A stretch of 29,699 nucleotides of DNA from the NCBI RefSeq assembly GCF_004365815.1, contig NZ_SODD01000033.1, positions 1-29,699 on the forward strand. The letters run 5' to 3'. This stretch comes from Breznakia blatticola (GTDB lineage: Bacteria > Bacillota_I > Bacilli_A > Erysipelotrichales > Erysipelotrichaceae). A program made the position numbers and the translations under genes. The notes below the pieces were generated by a model that worked only from the letters and a program-made list of their open reading frames with translations, did no database searches and was not told the DNA's origin. Shown here one piece after another: positions 1-8,697 of the stretch (the first letter of the stretch is position 1; each line of letters starts with the position of its first letter).

Positions 1-99
1 ACCTTCCTTATTTTTATATGGTAATCTTACATTTCAATGTATCATCATACATGTAACAATCTAAGTTAGGTGCGCATCGGTTGAATTAAGCCAAACCTA

Positions 100-128
100 T
101 TTACTTTGACTATCCAAGTATGTATAAT
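100..128 (+). promoter_or_regulatory. Candidate sigma-70-type promoter of the fatty-acid synthesis operon
   Basis: TTTACT (100-105), 17-nt spacer, perfect TATAAT (123-128). It lies about 50 nt upstream of the acpP ATG, which has its own AAGGAGG Shine-Dalgarno (162-168). Confidence 0.45.
103..119. promoter_or_regulatory. Imperfect palindrome ACTTTGA-CTA-TCCAAGT, candidate FabT/MarR-type operator
   Basis: The arms ACTTTGA and (reverse-complemented) ACTTGGA agree at 6 of 7 positions. The site sits inside the -35/spacer of the candidate promoter. From memory, it resembles the TTTGA...TCAAA boxes bound by streptococcal/lactococcal FabT. Confidence 0.35.
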
Positions 129-177
129 AAAAACAACTTTGAGTTTCAAAGGTTTATTTAAAAGGAGGCATAAACAT

Positions 178-402
178 ATGTTAGAAGATGTAAAAAGAGT
201 ATTAGTTGAGGCAATTAACGTTGATGCGGACGACGTAAAGCCTGAAGCAAACTTAAAAGATGATTTAGGAATCGATTCACTAAGTGCAGTTGAATTAGCA
301 CTTGAATTAGAAACAGAATTCGATGTACGCATCGAAGATGAAGAACTAGCTAAATTAGAAACAGTTCAAGATATCATCGATATTGTTAACGCAAAGAAAT
401 AA
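178..402 (+). CDS. acpP: Acyl carrier protein
   Basis: 74-aa acidic protein with the phosphopantetheine-attachment motif GIDSLSAVEL. The ATG at 178 is preceded by AAGGAGG. The longer ORF-track start at 106 has no SD and adds a non-ACP-like N-terminus. Confidence 0.95.
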   Translation: MLEDVKRVLVEAINVDADDVKPEANLKDDLGIDSLSAVELALELETEFDVRIEDEELAKLETVQDIIDIVNAKK

Positions 403-406
403 GTAG

Positions 407-432
407 AAGCTAAGATTTCTTAGCTTTTTTTT
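407..432 (+). terminator. Rho-independent hairpin (terminator/attenuator) between acpP and accB
   Basis: AAGCTAAGA (407-415) pairs perfectly with TCTTAGCTT (418-426) and is followed by a T-run to 432. The accB SD (AAAGGAG) and ATG follow immediately. Confidence 0.7.
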
Positions 433-448
433 AAAGGAGATATAGGAT

Positions 449-880
449 ATGGATACAAGTAAAATCAAAGCTATTATTGCTTTATTTGAAGATAGTTCAC
501 TAGCAAAGATGGAATTGGAAGTTGATGATATAAAAATCGCAATGGAAAAACCAGGAGCTAGTGTGGAGTATATAAGTACACCTGCACCTGTAAGCGTGAG
601 TGCACCTGTAGCGAGTGTAACTGAAGAAAGCACAAACCAAGTAACTGGGACTGATATTAAAAGCCCACTTGTTGGTACATATTATGCAGCACCTTCAGAG
701 AATGATGCACCATTTGTTGAGGTGGGAAGTCAAGTAAAAGCTGGAGATACACTTTGTATTATTGAAGCGATGAAAGTGCTAAATGAAATTAAAGCACCAC
801 AAGCAGGACGCGTTGCATGGATTGCTAAAAACAATGGTGATATGGTGCAATTTGATGATGTGCTAATGATCATCGATTAG
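449..880 (+). CDS. accB: Biotin carboxyl carrier protein of acetyl-CoA carboxylase
   Basis: Ala/Pro-rich linker (PAPVSVSAPVASV) and a C-terminal biotinyl domain with the biotinyl-lysine motif EAMKV. Sits in the acc gene context. Confidence 0.95.
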   Translation: MDTSKIKAIIALFEDSSLAKMELEVDDIKIAMEKPGASVEYISTPAPVSVSAPVASVTEESTNQVTGTDIKSPLVGTYYAAPSENDAPFVEVGSQVKAGDTLCIIEAMKVLNEIKAPQAGRVAWIAKNNGDMVQFDDVLMIID

Positions 881-887
881 GTGTCAT

Positions 888-2255
888 ATGATACAGAAAC
901 TATGTATTGCGAACCGTGGTGAAATTGCAGTTCGCATCATTCGTGCGTGTAAAGAGATGGGAATTCAAAGTGTTGCCTTATATTCAACAGCAGATAAGGA
1001 TGCACTTCATACTCAACTAGCTGATGAAGCCATTTGTATTGGTGGACCACGTGTGAATGAATCCTATTTAGATATGAATAACATCATTCAAGCTGCATGT
1101 AGTACAGGCTGTGATGCCATTCATCCAGGATTTGGATTTCTAAGTGAAAATCCAAAGTTTGCTAGACTTGTACAAAGTTGTGGTCTAATTTTTGTTGGGC
1201 CAGATCCAGAAATCATTGAAAAGATGGGGAATAAAAGTAAAGCTCGTCAAATGATGATGGAAGCAAACGTTCCAGTAATTCCTGGAAGCAAACAAATCCT
1301 AGCAGATGCACAAGAAGGTTTAGTTCTTGCTAAAAGTATGGGATTTCCTGTCATTATCAAAGCTAGTAGTGGTGGAGGAGGACGTGGTATGCGTATCGTG
1401 CGTGATGAAGATACGTATGTTGCGAACTTTAAAGCAGCTAAAGCAGAAGCGATGGCATGTTTTGGTGATGATGATGTATATATGGAAAAATACTTGGAAA
1501 ATCCAAAACACATTGAAGTCCAACTACTTGCTGATAAACATGGAAATGTCATTCACTTGTTTGAACGTGATTGTTCATTCCAAAGACGGAATCAGAAAAT
1601 GATCGAGGAAGCTCCTTGTCATATACTGGATGATACCACACGTCAAGAAATGTTAGATGCAGCAGTACGCGCAGCAAAGTATGTGGGTTATAACTCAGTA
1701 GGAACCATTGAGTTCTTATTAGATAAAAACAATCATTTTTATTTTATGGAAATGAATACAAGAGTACAGGTTGAACACCCAATCAGTGAAATGATTACAG
1801 GTGTAGATATCATCAAGGAACAAATTCGCTCTGCAGATGGTATTGTGCTCAAATACAAACAAGCAGATATCGTTCGTCAAGGATATGCCTTAGAGTGTCG
1901 TATCAATGCGGAAAATATCGCTCATGATTTTGCACCAAGTCCAGGAAAGATTAATTTCTTACACATCCCTGGAGGTAAAGGAGTGCGAAGCGATTCGGCT
2001 GTATATTGTGGATATGAAATTCCACCGTACTACGATTCAATGATTTTAAAGTTGATAACATTTGCACCAACGCGTTTAGCATGTATAAAAAAGATGCGTA
2101 GTGCATTAAGTGAATTAATTATTGATGGTGTGCATACCAATATTGAATTTCATTATTTAGTATTGCATGCACCAAAATTTGTAGAAGGAAAATACGATAC
2201 AGGTTTTGCTGAATCCTACATAAAGGAGTTAGTAGCAAATGGAGAATTTATTTAA
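888..2255 (+). CDS. accC: Biotin carboxylase subunit of acetyl-CoA carboxylase
   Basis: 455 aa ATP-grasp enzyme with the glycine loop KASSGGGGRGMR and EMNTRVQVEHP. N-terminus MIQKLCIANRGEIAVRIIRA is typical of AccC. Confidence 0.97.
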   Translation: MIQKLCIANRGEIAVRIIRACKEMGIQSVALYSTADKDALHTQLADEAICIGGPRVNESYLDMNNIIQAACSTGCDAIHPGFGFLSENPKFARLVQSCGLIFVGPDPEIIEKMGNKSKARQMMMEANVPVIPGSKQILADAQEGLVLAKSMGFPVIIKASSGGGGRGMRIVRDEDTYVANFKAAKAEAMACFGDDDVYMEKYLENPKHIEVQLLADKHGNVIHLFERDCSFQRRNQKMIEEAPCHILDDTTRQEMLDAAVRAAKYVGYNSVGTIEFLLDKNNHFYFMEMNTRVQVEHPISEMITGVDIIKEQIRSADGIVLKYKQADIVRQGYALECRINAENIAHDFAPSPGKINFLHIPGGKGVRSDSAVYCGYEIPPYYDSMILKLITFAPTRLACIKKMRSALSELIIDGVHTNIEFHYLVLHAPKFVEGKYDTGFAESYIKELVANGEFI

Positions 2256-3102
2256 AAAAAGACAAGAACGATTATCAATCTTCAATCGTTCACGAAATAA
2301 AGTAGTACATCAGGTGGAACCAAAAGAAGTACCTGATGATATTTTAAAAAGTTGTGAAGTATGTAATGCAAGTTTACCGTATGAAGATTTCGTTTCGAAT
2401 TTGTATGTATGTCCACGTTGTGCGCATCACTTAAAGTTAAGCGCTAGAGAAAGAATCCGTCAATTATTGGATCATGATAGCTTTCGTGAAATGGATGCTT
2501 TACTAACAAGTGATGGGTCAACTTTTGAAGGGTATGCAGACAAACTAGATAAATATAAACGTGCAACTGGATTAAATGAAGCTGTTATATGTGGAACTGG
2601 AAAGATTCATGGAATCAAACTCGTTGTCGCAATCATGGATAGTAATTTTATGATGGGTAGTATGGGAAGTGTGGTTGGTGAGAAAATCACTCGTGCAATT
2701 GAACTAGCAACTAAGAAAAAACTACCCTTACTTATTTCATGTACAAGTGGTGGAGCACGTATGCAAGAAGGAATCGATTCATTGATGCAAATGGCAAAAA
2801 CAAGTGCTGCTATTGCGCGTCATAATCAAGCAGGTTTACTATATATTAGTTTACTTACTAATCCGACAACTGGTGGTGTAAGTGCATCGTTTGCAATGCT
2901 AGGCGATATTATTCTAGCAGAACCAAATGCACTTATTGGCTTTGCTGGTAGACGTGTTATAGAGAAAACAATCAATGAAGTATTACCAAAAGAATTCCAA
3001 CGTAGTGAATTTCTACTTGAGAAAGGATTTGTGGATGCAATTGTAGAACGTAAGGATCTAAAGGATACCTTATATAAACTACTTTCATTCCATGTAGGGT
3101 AG
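2239..3102 (+). CDS. accD: Acetyl-CoA carboxylase carboxyltransferase beta subunit
   Basis: N-terminal C4 zinc ribbon (CEVCNASL...CPRCAHH) and the carboxyltransferase motif SGGARMQEG. Overlaps the accC stop by 17 nt. Confidence 0.95.
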   Translation: MENLFKKRQERLSIFNRSRNKVVHQVEPKEVPDDILKSCEVCNASLPYEDFVSNLYVCPRCAHHLKLSARERIRQLLDHDSFREMDALLTSDGSTFEGYADKLDKYKRATGLNEAVICGTGKIHGIKLVVAIMDSNFMMGSMGSVVGEKITRAIELATKKKLPLLISCTSGGARMQEGIDSLMQMAKTSAAIARHNQAGLLYISLLTNPTTGGVSASFAMLGDIILAEPNALIGFAGRRVIEKTINEVLPKEFQRSEFLLEKGFVDAIVERKDLKDTLYKLLSFHVG

Positions 3103-3108
3103 CGCATA

Positions 3109-4047
3109 ATGAATTTAAAAGAATGTGAAATCTTAATCCAATCATTGGAAGCTGAAAAAGCAAAAGCAGATAATATGGATCCAAGCTATTATGCAGAAAT
3201 TGATGCGCAGATTTTACGTATTCAAGAAGAAACATATAAAAACTTGGAAGCATGGGACCGTGTTTATTTAGCTAGACATAGTGAACGTCCAAAAGCACAA
3301 GACTATATAGCCTTGTTGTTTCCTGACTTTATGGAATTGCATGGAGACCGTGGAGTACGTGATGATAAAGCCCTTATAGGAGGTCTTGCTACGTTTGAAG
3401 GAAAAGCGGTGACTGTACTTGCACAAGCTAAAGGGAAAAACACAGAAGAGAATTTGGAACGAAATTTTGGAATGTGTTCACCAGAAGGGTATCGAAAAGC
3501 GTTACGACTTGCAAAACAAGCAGAGAAGTTTAAACGTCCAATTATCAATTTAGTAGATACCTCAGGAGCATTTCCTGGTAAAGAAGCAGAAGAGCGTGGA
3601 CAAGCAGAAGCAATCGCAAAATGTTTAGAAGTGTTCTCAACTTTAGAAGTACCTATTATTTCCATTGTAATTGGTGAAGGTGGAAGTGGAGGAGCACTTG
3701 CATTAAGTGTAGCGGATCGTTTGGCAATGCTAGAAAATGCAGTGTACTCAATCTTATCACCTGAAGGCTTTGCCTCAATTTTATGGAAAGATGCAAGTCT
3801 GGCCAAAGAAGCGGCAAAACAAATGAAACTGACATCTTATGACTTATTAAGTAAAAAAGTTATCGATGCGATTATTAAAGAACCGCTTGGTGGTGCGCAA
3901 AAAGATGTAAAAGAAGTTGCAAATAGCATGCATATCTATATTCGTGATGAATTAAAGCAACTTCAAAAGTTAAAGACAAAAGATTTAATTGAAAAACGAT
4001 ATGAAAAATATCGTCGAATGGGAAGTGAAGCATATGAAGAATCGTAA
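3109..4047 (+). CDS. accA: Acetyl-CoA carboxylase carboxyltransferase alpha subunit
   Basis: 312 aa with DTSGAFPG and GEGGSGGALA motifs. Directly follows accD. Confidence 0.95.
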   Translation: MNLKECEILIQSLEAEKAKADNMDPSYYAEIDAQILRIQEETYKNLEAWDRVYLARHSERPKAQDYIALLFPDFMELHGDRGVRDDKALIGGLATFEGKAVTVLAQAKGKNTEENLERNFGMCSPEGYRKALRLAKQAEKFKRPIINLVDTSGAFPGKEAEERGQAEAIAKCLEVFSTLEVPIISIVIGEGGSGGALALSVADRLAMLENAVYSILSPEGFASILWKDASLAKEAAKQMKLTSYDLLSKKVIDAIIKEPLGGAQKDVKEVANSMHIYIRDELKQLQKLKTKDLIEKRYEKYRRMGSEAYEES

Positions 4048-5002
4048 GGTACTTGGAAGTGGATATGCACTAGGTGCACATACAGTTGATAATGATGCAA
4101 TGTCTACGATTGTAGATACCAATGATGAATGGATTGTTTCTAGAACAGGAATCAAAGAGCGTCGTATTTCAACGGATGAAAATACTAGTGATCTAGCAAC
4201 GAAAGCTGCAAAGATGGCAATTGAAAATGCCAAAATTGATCCAAAGGATATTGATTTATTAATTTGTGCAACAATGACGCCAGACAATATCACACCATCA
4301 ACTGCGTGTATCATCCAAGGAAAGCTTGGGTTACAAGATGTAAAGATGATGGCATTTGATCTAAGTGCAGCTTGTACAGGATTTGTATATGCCTTACAAG
4401 TTGCAAGTTATATGTTGAGTGAGTATACATGTGCACTTGTTGTAGGTGTAGATCTAAACAGTAAAATTGTTGATTATACAGATCGTAATACATGCATTTT
4501 ATTTGGTGATGGTGCTGGAGCTGTTGTTATGAGTCAAGAAGAAACGGATAAACAAATGTTCCACTATGCAAATGCGACAGGAGATATGCAAGGACAACTT
4601 ATTTGTCCAGGTCTACCAACCCATGACTTGCTAAAAAATGGAAATCATGAGATTGGATACTTGTATCAAAATGGGAGCGAAGTATTCCGTTTTGCGGTAA
4701 AAGCATTACAAGAAGCAGTAGAAGCTGTTCTCGAAAAAGCAAACATGCGTATTGAAGATGTAGATGTCTTAATTCCACATCAAGCCAATATACGGATTAT
4801 CAATAATGTCACAAAACGAATGAAAATTGATGATGCTAAAGTATTCACCAATTTACATAAATATGGAAATACTTCAGGTGGAAGTATTCCGATTGCCTTA
4901 GCAGAAGCAATCGAACAAGGAATTGTTTGCGAAGGTAAAACAGTAGTAGTGGTTGGCTTTGGTGCAGGATTTACATGTGCTGCAAGTCTGATCGAATTCT
5001 AA
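4034..5002 (+). CDS. fabH: 3-oxoacyl-ACP synthase III
   Basis: Cys-His-Asn triad contexts are DLSAACTGF, IPHQANIRI and GNTSGGSIP. I chose the ATG at 4034 (MKNRKVLGSGYA...), which matches the usual FabH N-terminus, over the ORF-track start at 3989. It overlaps the accA stop by 14 nt. Confidence 0.92.
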   Translation: MKNRKVLGSGYALGAHTVDNDAMSTIVDTNDEWIVSRTGIKERRISTDENTSDLATKAAKMAIENAKIDPKDIDLLICATMTPDNITPSTACIIQGKLGLQDVKMMAFDLSAACTGFVYALQVASYMLSEYTCALVVGVDLNSKIVDYTDRNTCILFGDGAGAVVMSQEETDKQMFHYANATGDMQGQLICPGLPTHDLLKNGNHEIGYLYQNGSEVFRFAVKALQEAVEAVLEKANMRIEDVDVLIPHQANIRIINNVTKRMKIDDAKVFTNLHKYGNTSGGSIPIALAEAIEQGIVCEGKTVVVVGFGAGFTCAASLIEF

Positions 5003-5012
5003 GGAGAAAAAC

Positions 5013-5963
5013 ATGTTACATAAAATGTTAAATATTAAATATCCAATTATTCAAGGAGCGATGGCAAATATTGCTACAGCAGAATTTGCTGCTGCAGTTA
5101 GTAACTGTGGAGGTCTTGGAATTATTGGAACTGGAGCGATGAATGTTGAAGAAGCACGTAATGCAATTCATACATGTAAGTCATTAACTGATAAACCATT
5201 TGGGGTCAATGTTATGATGATGAACCCATATACGAAAGAGTTAATGGAAATGATTGCCAAAGAAAAAGTTGCAGTAATTACAACTGGGGCTGGTAACCCA
5301 GGACCGTATATGGAAATGTTAAAAGCCAGTGGGGCAAAAGTATTTCCAGTTGTGCCAAGTGTTGCTTTAGCAATTCGTATGGAACGCTCTGGAGCAGATG
5401 CATTGATTGTTGAAGGTGGAGAAGCTGGTGGACACGTTGGTGAACAAACAACGATGTCATTAGTTCCGCAAGTTTGTGATGCAGTGAGTATTCCAGTTAT
5501 TGCTGCTGGAGGAATTGCTGATGGACGTGGATTTAATGCAGCACTTGCACTAGGGGCTGTCGGAGTTCAAGTAGGTACATGTTTATTAGTTGCTAATGAA
5601 TGTCCAGTACACGAGAACTATAAAAAAGCTGTCATTAAGGCAAAAGATACAGATACAGTTGTTACTGGTCGTAGTATGAACTCACCCGTACGTATCCTAA
5701 AAAATAAAATGTCACGTACATATACAAAATTAGAAGCAGAAGCAGCGGACCGAGAAGAATTAGAAAAACTTACACTTGGTGCACTTCGTAAAGCTGTATT
5801 TGATGGGGATATGCAAATGGGGTCAGTAATGATTGGCCAAATCGCTGGAATGATTAAAGAAGAAAAAAGTCTTCAGGAAATATTGGACGGAATTGTTTGT
5901 GACAGTAAAGTTCAACTTGAAAACTTACAAAGTAAACAAGAGGAATTATCATGCAACAACTAA
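5013..5963 (+). CDS. fabK: Enoyl-ACP reductase II (FMN-dependent, NMO/TIM-barrel family)
   Basis: 316 aa, collinear by recollection with Streptococcus pneumoniae FabK. Motifs: YPIIQGAMA, GGLGIIG, PFGVNVMM, TTGAGNP, EGGEAGGHVG, IPVIAAGGIADGRG. AAGGAG SD is upstream. Confidence 0.9.
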   Translation: MLHKMLNIKYPIIQGAMANIATAEFAAAVSNCGGLGIIGTGAMNVEEARNAIHTCKSLTDKPFGVNVMMMNPYTKELMEMIAKEKVAVITTGAGNPGPYMEMLKASGAKVFPVVPSVALAIRMERSGADALIVEGGEAGGHVGEQTTMSLVPQVCDAVSIPVIAAGGIADGRGFNAALALGAVGVQVGTCLLVANECPVHENYKKAVIKAKDTDTVVTGRSMNSPVRILKNKMSRTYTKLEAEAADREELEKLTLGALRKAVFDGDMQMGSVMIGQIAGMIKEEKSLQEILDGIVCDSKVQLENLQSKQEELSCNN

Positions 5964-7030
5964 CAATCAAAGATAAGACATTCTCGTTTCCTTTGATTCA
6001 AGGTGGTATGGGAGTTGGAGTATCTTTAGGAAATCTTGCTGGAGCAGTTGCAAGTAATGGCTGTATGGGTGTTATTAGTGCAGCACATCCTGGATATCGT
6101 TTACCAAACTTTCGTACAGAGAATCTTGCAAGCAATTGCCAAGCGCTAATTGATGAAGTAAAAAAAGCACGTGATATTGCTTTAGGAAAAGGTTTGATTG
6201 GTGTCAATATTATGGCAGCCAGTAAAAACTATGTTGAATATGTAAAAGCAGCGGTTAAGGCAAAAGTAGATGCGATTATTTCAGGTGCAGGATTGCCACT
6301 GGATTTACCAAGTATGGTTGATGATGCAAGTATTTTACTTGCACCGATCGTCTCAAGTGGAAAAGCGGCAAAACTTGTTTGTAAGATTTGGGATAAACGT
6401 CATCAAGTCGCTCCTGATTTTGTAGTGATTGAAGGTAGCGAAGCGGGTGGTCATCTTGGCTTTAAAAAAGACGATTTAGTAAATGACACTTGTGAGTCAC
6501 TAGAAACAATTTATCACGAAGTCAAAAGCGAATTGAAAATCTTCGAAGAGAAATATGAACGTAAAATACCTGTATTTATGGCAGGTGGAATTTATGATGG
6601 GCATGATATTGCAAGTATGTTAAAGCTAGGTGCAGATGGTGTCCAGATGGGAACACGCTTTATTGCGACAGAAGAATGCGATGCACATAGCAACTTCAAA
6701 CAAGCAGTTGTTGACTGTACTGAAAGTGATATTGAGATTGTACAAAGTCCTACAGGATTTCCAGGTCGTGGAATTATGAATTCATTTATGCAAAAACAAA
6801 AGGAACGTGGGAATATTGCAATTCGTAGTTGTTTGAATTGTTTAACACCATGTAATCCTTCAGATACACCATATTGTATAAGTGAAGCATTGATTCAAAG
6901 TGTAAAAGGTAATATCGACAATGGATTAGTCTTTGTTGGTAGTAATGCACATAAAGTAAAAGAAATTGTAACTGTCGACGCTTTAATTGATGAATTAAAA
7001 CGAGAAACGTTACAAGCTTTGGGGGAATAG
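5951..7030 (+). CDS. Second NMO/FabK-like flavin oxidoreductase, function unassigned
   Basis: 359 aa with TIM-barrel flavoprotein motifs IQGGMGVGVS, EGSEAGGHLG, AGGIYDG and VQMGTRF, plus a C-terminal extension carrying CLNCLTPCNPSDTPYC. Overlaps the fabK stop by 13 nt. Confidence 0.8.
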   Translation: MQQLTIKDKTFSFPLIQGGMGVGVSLGNLAGAVASNGCMGVISAAHPGYRLPNFRTENLASNCQALIDEVKKARDIALGKGLIGVNIMAASKNYVEYVKAAVKAKVDAIISGAGLPLDLPSMVDDASILLAPIVSSGKAAKLVCKIWDKRHQVAPDFVVIEGSEAGGHLGFKKDDLVNDTCESLETIYHEVKSELKIFEEKYERKIPVFMAGGIYDGHDIASMLKLGADGVQMGTRFIATEECDAHSNFKQAVVDCTESDIEIVQSPTGFPGRGIMNSFMQKQKERGNIAIRSCLNCLTPCNPSDTPYCISEALIQSVKGNIDNGLVFVGSNAHKVKEIVTVDALIDELKRETLQALGE

Positions 7031-7032
7031 AT

Positions 7033-7962
7033 ATGAAAATTGGATTCTTATTTGCCGGTCAAGGTGCCCAAAAAGTAGGGATGGGTAAAGAACTATATGA
7101 TCAGTATGCATTGGCTGCATCTGTTTATGATGGAATGCAACTAGATTATGATGTAAAGAAATTATGTTTTGAAGGACCTGCTGATATGTTGAATGATACA
7201 GCATACGCACAGAGCGCGATTCTAACGACCTCTTTAGCGATTGCAAGTGTCATTTCAAGTTATGGGATTACGCCTGATTATGTGGCTGGTTTGAGCTTAG
7301 GTGAGTATAGTGCATTAGCTTATGCAGGTGCAATGAGTTATCAAGATGCTGCTACAATTACCCGTAAGCGTGGGCAATTGATGGCAAATGCATTACCTGC
7401 AGGTACAACGGGTATGGCAGCTGTACTTAACTTAGATGCGACACTAATTCAAGAAGTATGTGATGAAATCAACGAACAAGGTGAGTTATGTCAAATTGCA
7501 AACTATAACTGCCCTGGACAAATCGTTATTACAGGTACAACCAAAGCAATGGAACTGGCTAGTGAAGCTTTAGTTGAAAAAGGAGCACGTCGTGTCATTC
7601 CATTACAAGTGAGTGGAGCTTTCCATTCTAGTTTATTAAAAGAAGCAGGAAGTAAGCTTCGTAGTGTACTACAACAAGCAGAACTACGTAGTCCAAATTT
7701 ACCTGTGGTGTATAACATTAGTGGAAAAGAAGAACAAGCAGATTTAGTTGATATTCTTGAAAAACAAATCCAAAGTAGTGTGTATTTTACACAAAGTATC
7801 GAATACATGATTGCACAAGGTGTAACAACCTTTATTGAAATTGGACCAGGATCAACATTAAAAGGATTTGTGCGTAAGATTTCACGTGATGTAAACGTAT
7901 ATAGTGTAGAAGATCAAGCAAGTTTAGAAGCGATGATAAAAGAGGTAAAAGCAAATGAATAA
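7033..7962 (+). CDS. fabD: Malonyl-CoA:ACP transacylase
   Basis: FAGQGAQKVGMG, nucleophile elbow GLSLGEYSA, and VSGAFHS. Confidence 0.95.
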   Translation: MKIGFLFAGQGAQKVGMGKELYDQYALAASVYDGMQLDYDVKKLCFEGPADMLNDTAYAQSAILTTSLAIASVISSYGITPDYVAGLSLGEYSALAYAGAMSYQDAATITRKRGQLMANALPAGTTGMAAVLNLDATLIQEVCDEINEQGELCQIANYNCPGQIVITGTTKAMELASEALVEKGARRVIPLQVSGAFHSSLLKEAGSKLRSVLQQAELRSPNLPVVYNISGKEEQADLVDILEKQIQSSVYFTQSIEYMIAQGVTTFIEIGPGSTLKGFVRKISRDVNVYSVEDQASLEAMIKEVKANE

Positions 7963-8689
7963 AGTTGCATTAATAACAGGAGCAAGCCAAGGAATTGGTC
8001 AAGCCATTGCCTTAAATATGGCAAAAGAAGGGTATGATATCGTCATTAACTATATTGGTGATGAAACACCTGCATTAGATACCGCAAAACAGTGTGAAGC
8101 ATTTGGTGTAAAAACACTATGTGTTCATACTGATGTGACTGACTACGATGCAGTACAAAACATGGTAGATGAAGTGATTAACGTATTTGGAAAAATCGAT
8201 GTGCTAGTTAATAACTCAGGAATTACCAAAGATACATTGATGCTTCGAATGAGTGAACAAGACTTCGATGCAGTTATCGATGTGAACTTAAAAGGAACAT
8301 GGAACTGTATCAAACACGTAATGAAACCGATGATGAAACAACGCAGTGGATCTATTATTTCGATGGCAAGTGTTATTGGTTTAATTGGAAATGTGGGACA
8401 AGCAAACTATGCAGCAAGTAAAGCTGGAATTATCGGTCTTACCAAAAGTGTTGCACGTGAAGTTGCACCACGAGGAATTACAGTTAATGCAATTGCACCT
8501 GGATTTATCAGTACAAAAATGACAGATGTATTAACAGATGATGTAAAACAAGCCATCCTAACAAATATTCCAATGAAAGATTTTGGAACGATGGAAGATG
8601 TAGCAAATATGGTTAGCTTTTTAGCAAGTGATAAAAGCCGTTATGTGACAGGACAAGTTCTTCACGTTGATGGCGGAATGGTAATGTAG
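7955..8689 (+). CDS. fabG: 3-oxoacyl-ACP reductase (SDR)
   Basis: Rossmann motif TGASQGIGQAIA, NNSGIT, catalytic YAASKAG. Overlaps the fabD stop by 8 nt. Confidence 0.93.
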   Translation: MNKVALITGASQGIGQAIALNMAKEGYDIVINYIGDETPALDTAKQCEAFGVKTLCVHTDVTDYDAVQNMVDEVINVFGKIDVLVNNSGITKDTLMLRMSEQDFDAVIDVNLKGTWNCIKHVMKPMMKQRSGSIISMASVIGLIGNVGQANYAASKAGIIGLTKSVAREVAPRGITVNAIAPGFISTKMTDVLTDDVKQAILTNIPMKDFGTMEDVANMVSFLASDKSRYVTGQVLHVDGGMVM

Positions 8690-8697
8690 AGGTTTAC

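Noticed and set aside
37-52. Short palindromes in intergenic DNA: ATGTAT-CATC-ATACAT (37-52), TGTATATACA (28420-28429) and ATACGTT-CAA-AACGTAT (28449-28465).
   Set aside because: Arms of 5-7 bp in very AT-rich DNA are expected by chance. There is no associated regulator gene or repetition elsewhere in the window. They remain possible operators, but I cannot support that.
106-177. Upstream extensions of ORF-track starts: acpP from 106, fabH from 3989, the giant protein from 21132 and the kinase from the TTG at 20326.
   Set aside because: Internal ATGs (178, 4034, 21168, 20302) have proper SD sequences and give N-termini matching the family or a clean signal peptide. The extensions have no SD and would overlap promoter or upstream coding sequence.
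66-332. Minus-strand 88-aa ORF antisense to acpP. Many similar 60-167-aa ORFs lie antisense or out of frame within the fab genes and the two giant genes, e.g. 355-633, 1247-1552, 3303-3806, 12599-12937, 13360-13734 and 18404-18895.
   Set aside because: All lie entirely inside strongly supported genes on the other strand or frame. They lack SD sequences and have low-complexity, compositionally odd translations, as expected for shadow ORFs in AT-rich DNA.
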